Shown piece after piece: positions 37,096 through 39,524 of a stretch of 39,524 bases of DNA. Under the pieces are notes generated by a model. It saw only the letters and a program-made list of their open reading frames with translations, searched no databases and was not told where the DNA came from. The position numbers and the translations under genes are program-made. Source of the DNA: Candidatus Doudnabacteria bacterium CG10_big_fil_rev_8_21_14_0_10_41_10 (lineage in GTDB: Bacteria > Patescibacteriota > Doudnabacteria > UBA920 > 2-01-FULL-50-11); assembly GCA_002773695.1 (NCBI GenBank), contig PFAJ01000015.1:1-39524 (forward strand), in the 5' to 3' direction. Within the stretch, counting starts at the first letter, position 1. Each line of letters starts with the position of its first letter.

Positions 37096-37824
37096 ATGGA
37101 TAATGATTTACAAAAACGATTTCGCGCGTTTGAACTTTTCAAACATCTTAGCGATCAAGATATTGTCGATTTCGAACGGATTTGCGTGACAAGAAAGTTT
37201 AACAAAGGAACCACGATTTATGTTCCGGGAGAGAAACGTGACCGGGTTTTTTTGGTTATTTCCGGCGAGGTTAAAGTTTACCAAATTTCTAACGGGAAAA
37301 AGATTACCATTGATGCGCATCGGGAAGGTGGTTTATTCGGAGACCTTTCTTTTGCCCACAAGCCTTTTGACGCAAAACCGACTAATTACGCGGAAGCGTT
37401 GTCTGATGTTTCGGTTTGCGCGATATCTTCCTACGATTTAACCGATTATTTAAAATCCCATACTCGCTTGGCTCTTGGTCTGTTGGTAAATATGCGCAAC
37501 CGTTTACATATGGCGGAAAGCAAGATTCGCGACCTGGCGCTGTTTTCTGCTGACATTCGGATAATCAACGAGCTTATTCGTCATTCTCTTAAACACGGTA
37601 ACGATCAAGGAGATTATTTTGAAATCCCAGAGCGACTCACCCACCAGGAAGTATCGGAAATGACCGGACTGGCTCGCGAAACCGTGAGCAAGGTTTTGGC
37701 GGGACTCACCAAAAGTGGAATGATAGAACTTTCCGATGATAAATTCTTTAAACTCAACAAGAAAAAAATAATAGAAGATTGCATTGATTGCATAAAGGTC
37801 GCAAAACTCGATATATTTTCTTAA
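37096..37824 (+). CDS. Crp/Fnr-family transcription regulator
   Basis: cNMP-binding fold (SGEVKV, GGLFGD), HTH LTHQEVSEMTGLARETVSKVL, C-terminal CIDC. Confidence 0.93.
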   Translation: MDNDLQKRFRAFELFKHLSDQDIVDFERICVTRKFNKGTTIYVPGEKRDRVFLVISGEVKVYQISNGKKITIDAHREGGLFGDLSFAHKPFDAKPTNYAEALSDVSVCAISSYDLTDYLKSHTRLALGLLVNMRNRLHMAESKIRDLALFSADIRIINELIRHSLKHGNDQGDYFEIPERLTHQEVSEMTGLARETVSKVLAGLTKSGMIELSDDKFFKLNKKKIIEDCIDCIKVAKLDIFS

Positions 37825-37867
37825 CCCCTTTTAACTTCCTTTTGGAAAGCGGAGGAAGTGGGGCAGA

Positions 37868-37910
37868 TGTGACCAAGATTACAGATAAAGTCGTGCTTTT
37901 TTTATATGAT
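37868..37910 (+). promoter_or_regulatory. Crp/Fnr box with a class II promoter
   Basis: TGTGA-N6-TTACA at 37868-37883; -10 TATGAT at 37905-37910; box centre near -41.5. Confidence 0.75.
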
Positions 37911-37934
37911 TAAATCATAATTAATAAAACCAGT

Positions 37935-38168
37935 ATGAAAAATGTTACGATTTATACGACTTCCACATGTGGCTATTGCAAAATGGCCAAATCGTTTTTT
38001 AAAGATAAAAACGTAAACTATAAAGAGGTCAACGTTGAGGCCGATCCAGCCGCTGCCCAGGATATGATAAAAAAATCCGGGCAGATGGGGGTGCCGGTTA
38101 TCGACATCGACGGCCAGATTGTGGTCGGATTTGATCGAGGCGTGCTTTCAGAATTGTTGGGAGTATAA
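37935..38168 (+). CDS. Glutaredoxin-like protein (NrdH/YruB type)
   Basis: CGYC, GQMGVPVI, VVGFD. Confidence 0.93.
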   Translation: MKNVTIYTTSTCGYCKMAKSFFKDKNVNYKEVNVEADPAAAQDMIKKSGQMGVPVIDIDGQIVVGFDRGVLSELLGV

Positions 38169-38271
38169 AATTTATTTCTTTCTTTAAGATAAAGGGAGAT
38201 TAAGAAAGGTTATGAATTTTTTAATCTCATAACTCTCTTAGCCTCCTCTGGTCTTAAGAGGGGGAAAAATT

Positions 38272-39300
38272 ATGTCATCAAAAGTTGTCTATGTGGTAAT
38301 AATTATTGTTGTCGCCTTGGTGGCCGGTTTTGTGTTAAAGCGAGCTATTTTCGCCGAGAGTTTTGATTGGCCAACCAGTGGTCAAAAAAGTTTAGAAAAA
38401 GTTTCAGTCGCAGATGGCGAGACTGAAGAAATTATGATAACAGGCGGGTATCGCCACAGCGTTCTTTTGGAAGAGATTGTCGGTGGAGGTCCAGAAAAAG
38501 ACGGAATCCCATCTATTGACGACCCGAAATTTGTTGACGTTAGAGAGGCGGAAGATTATTTAGACGACACAGAGCCGGGGATTTCTTTGACTATTGGTGA
38601 CACTACCAGGTTTTATCCTTTTCAGATTTTGGTTTGGCATGAAATTGTCAACGATACGATTGACGGAAAACGGGTGATGGTGACTTTTTGTCCGCTGTGT
38701 TTGACCGGTGTGGTTTTCGATCCTATCGTTTCAGGTGAACGCGTCGAGTTTGGTACCAGCGGAAAATTATGGAATTCAAATTTGGTTATGTATGACCGAA
38801 AAACAGATAGTTTGTGGTCGCAAGTTTTAGGCGAAGCTATTGCGGGGGAAAAAACCGGAACAAAACTTGGAATAATCCCTTGGGACCAGATGAAGTTTGG
38901 CATCTGGAAACAAAAATATCCAAACGGCGAAGTTCTTTCCCGTGATACCGGCGCGACAAAGTTTTACGGCATTGATCCTTACGGGGACTACTATACCAAC
39001 GACAAACTTTTGTATTCCCGGGTTAACAATCGAGACGATCGGTTAATCGAAAAAGACAACATTTTAGGAATAGTAATAAATGGAAAACCAAAAGCCTATT
39101 TAGTAGACGCGGTTCGCGCCGCTGGCGGAGTTGAGGACGATTTTTCCGGTGAAAAGATATTTCTGGAATATGATAAGGAGTTGGACGCAATAAGAATATT
39201 TAGAAATAACAAAGATGGAGAAAAGGAAAGAATAAACCCAATACCCAGTTTTTGGTTTTCGTGGGTTGCCATATATCCAAACACAGAGTTGTACAAATAA
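38272..39300 (+). CDS. DUF3179-family exported protein
   Basis: GGPEKDGIPSIDDP, WHEIVND, FCPLC, FGTSGKLWNSNLVMYDR, FWFSW. Confidence 0.9.
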   Translation: MSSKVVYVVIIIVVALVAGFVLKRAIFAESFDWPTSGQKSLEKVSVADGETEEIMITGGYRHSVLLEEIVGGGPEKDGIPSIDDPKFVDVREAEDYLDDTEPGISLTIGDTTRFYPFQILVWHEIVNDTIDGKRVMVTFCPLCLTGVVFDPIVSGERVEFGTSGKLWNSNLVMYDRKTDSLWSQVLGEAIAGEKTGTKLGIIPWDQMKFGIWKQKYPNGEVLSRDTGATKFYGIDPYGDYYTNDKLLYSRVNNRDDRLIEKDNILGIVINGKPKAYLVDAVRAAGGVEDDFSGEKIFLEYDKELDAIRIFRNNKDGEKERINPIPSFWFSWVAIYPNTELYK

Positions 39301-39316
39301 TCATTAACAAAAAAAT

Positions 39317-39436
39317 ATGAGCTTTCACCAAGACGGAGATGGTCACGATCATGGGCAAGAAAAAACGAAAGGATGCCCTGCCTGTGGGCAGCAGCATAAC
39401 ACTGACGGATCCTGCGATTGCAGCTGTGAAAAGTAA
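39317..39436 (+). CDS. 39-aa His/Cys-rich metallothionein-like peptide (absent from the ORF track)
   Basis: MSFHQDGDGHDHGQEKTKGCPACGQQHNTDGSCDCSCEK*, starting 16 nt after the DUF3179 stop with an A-rich leader. Confidence 0.72.
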   Translation: MSFHQDGDGHDHGQEKTKGCPACGQQHNTDGSCDCSCEK

Positions 39437-39524
39437 GAACATCTTGTCAATTGCCACGCAAGACAAGAGTAAGGAATTCTCTACATGAGAATTTTTTTGC
39501 TCGTCCAAACGACTTAACCTTGGA

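Noticed and set aside
39200-39508. Minus-strand 102-aa ORF
   Set aside because: It overlaps the DUF3179 3' end and the better-supported Cys/His peptide on the + strand.

Overview
AT-rich bacterial chromosome segment with the hallmarks of Patescibacteria/CPR (divergent 16S with a 515F mismatch and short helix 44, standalone pilin, many SD-less starts), translated in code 11. Left to right: 3' part of an unlinked 16S rRNA gene; L,D-transpeptidase; wHTH-HATPase-STAS-like protein; a MITE; a pilin; a CsoR-controlled copper operon with several uncharacterised Cys-motif proteins and a CPH-type P1B ATPase; a glycoside cluster (PIG-L, 2x GT4, GH130-like, six-hairpin glycosidase); a broken PilZ-like gene; a tight operon of amino-acid dehydrogenase + PaaK-like adenylating ligase + ThiF-nitroreductase fusion + multi-TM histidine kinase flanked by two single-domain receivers; YceI; an ART-like/HD gene bracketed by inverted repeats; an ECF sigma locus; zwf and an interrupted gnd; a hairpin-flanked orphan gene; a cyclase-family hydrolase; and a Crp/Fnr-glutaredoxin-DUF3179 unit ending in an unannotated metallothionein-like peptide. 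The best candidate for a new system is the 19.4-26.8 kb locus, a putative small-molecule signal synthesis-and-sensing (quorum-sensing-like) circuit. At least six small palindromic repeat families occur, two of them apparently inserted in frame in enzymes. All calls come from motif reading by eye; no searches were run.
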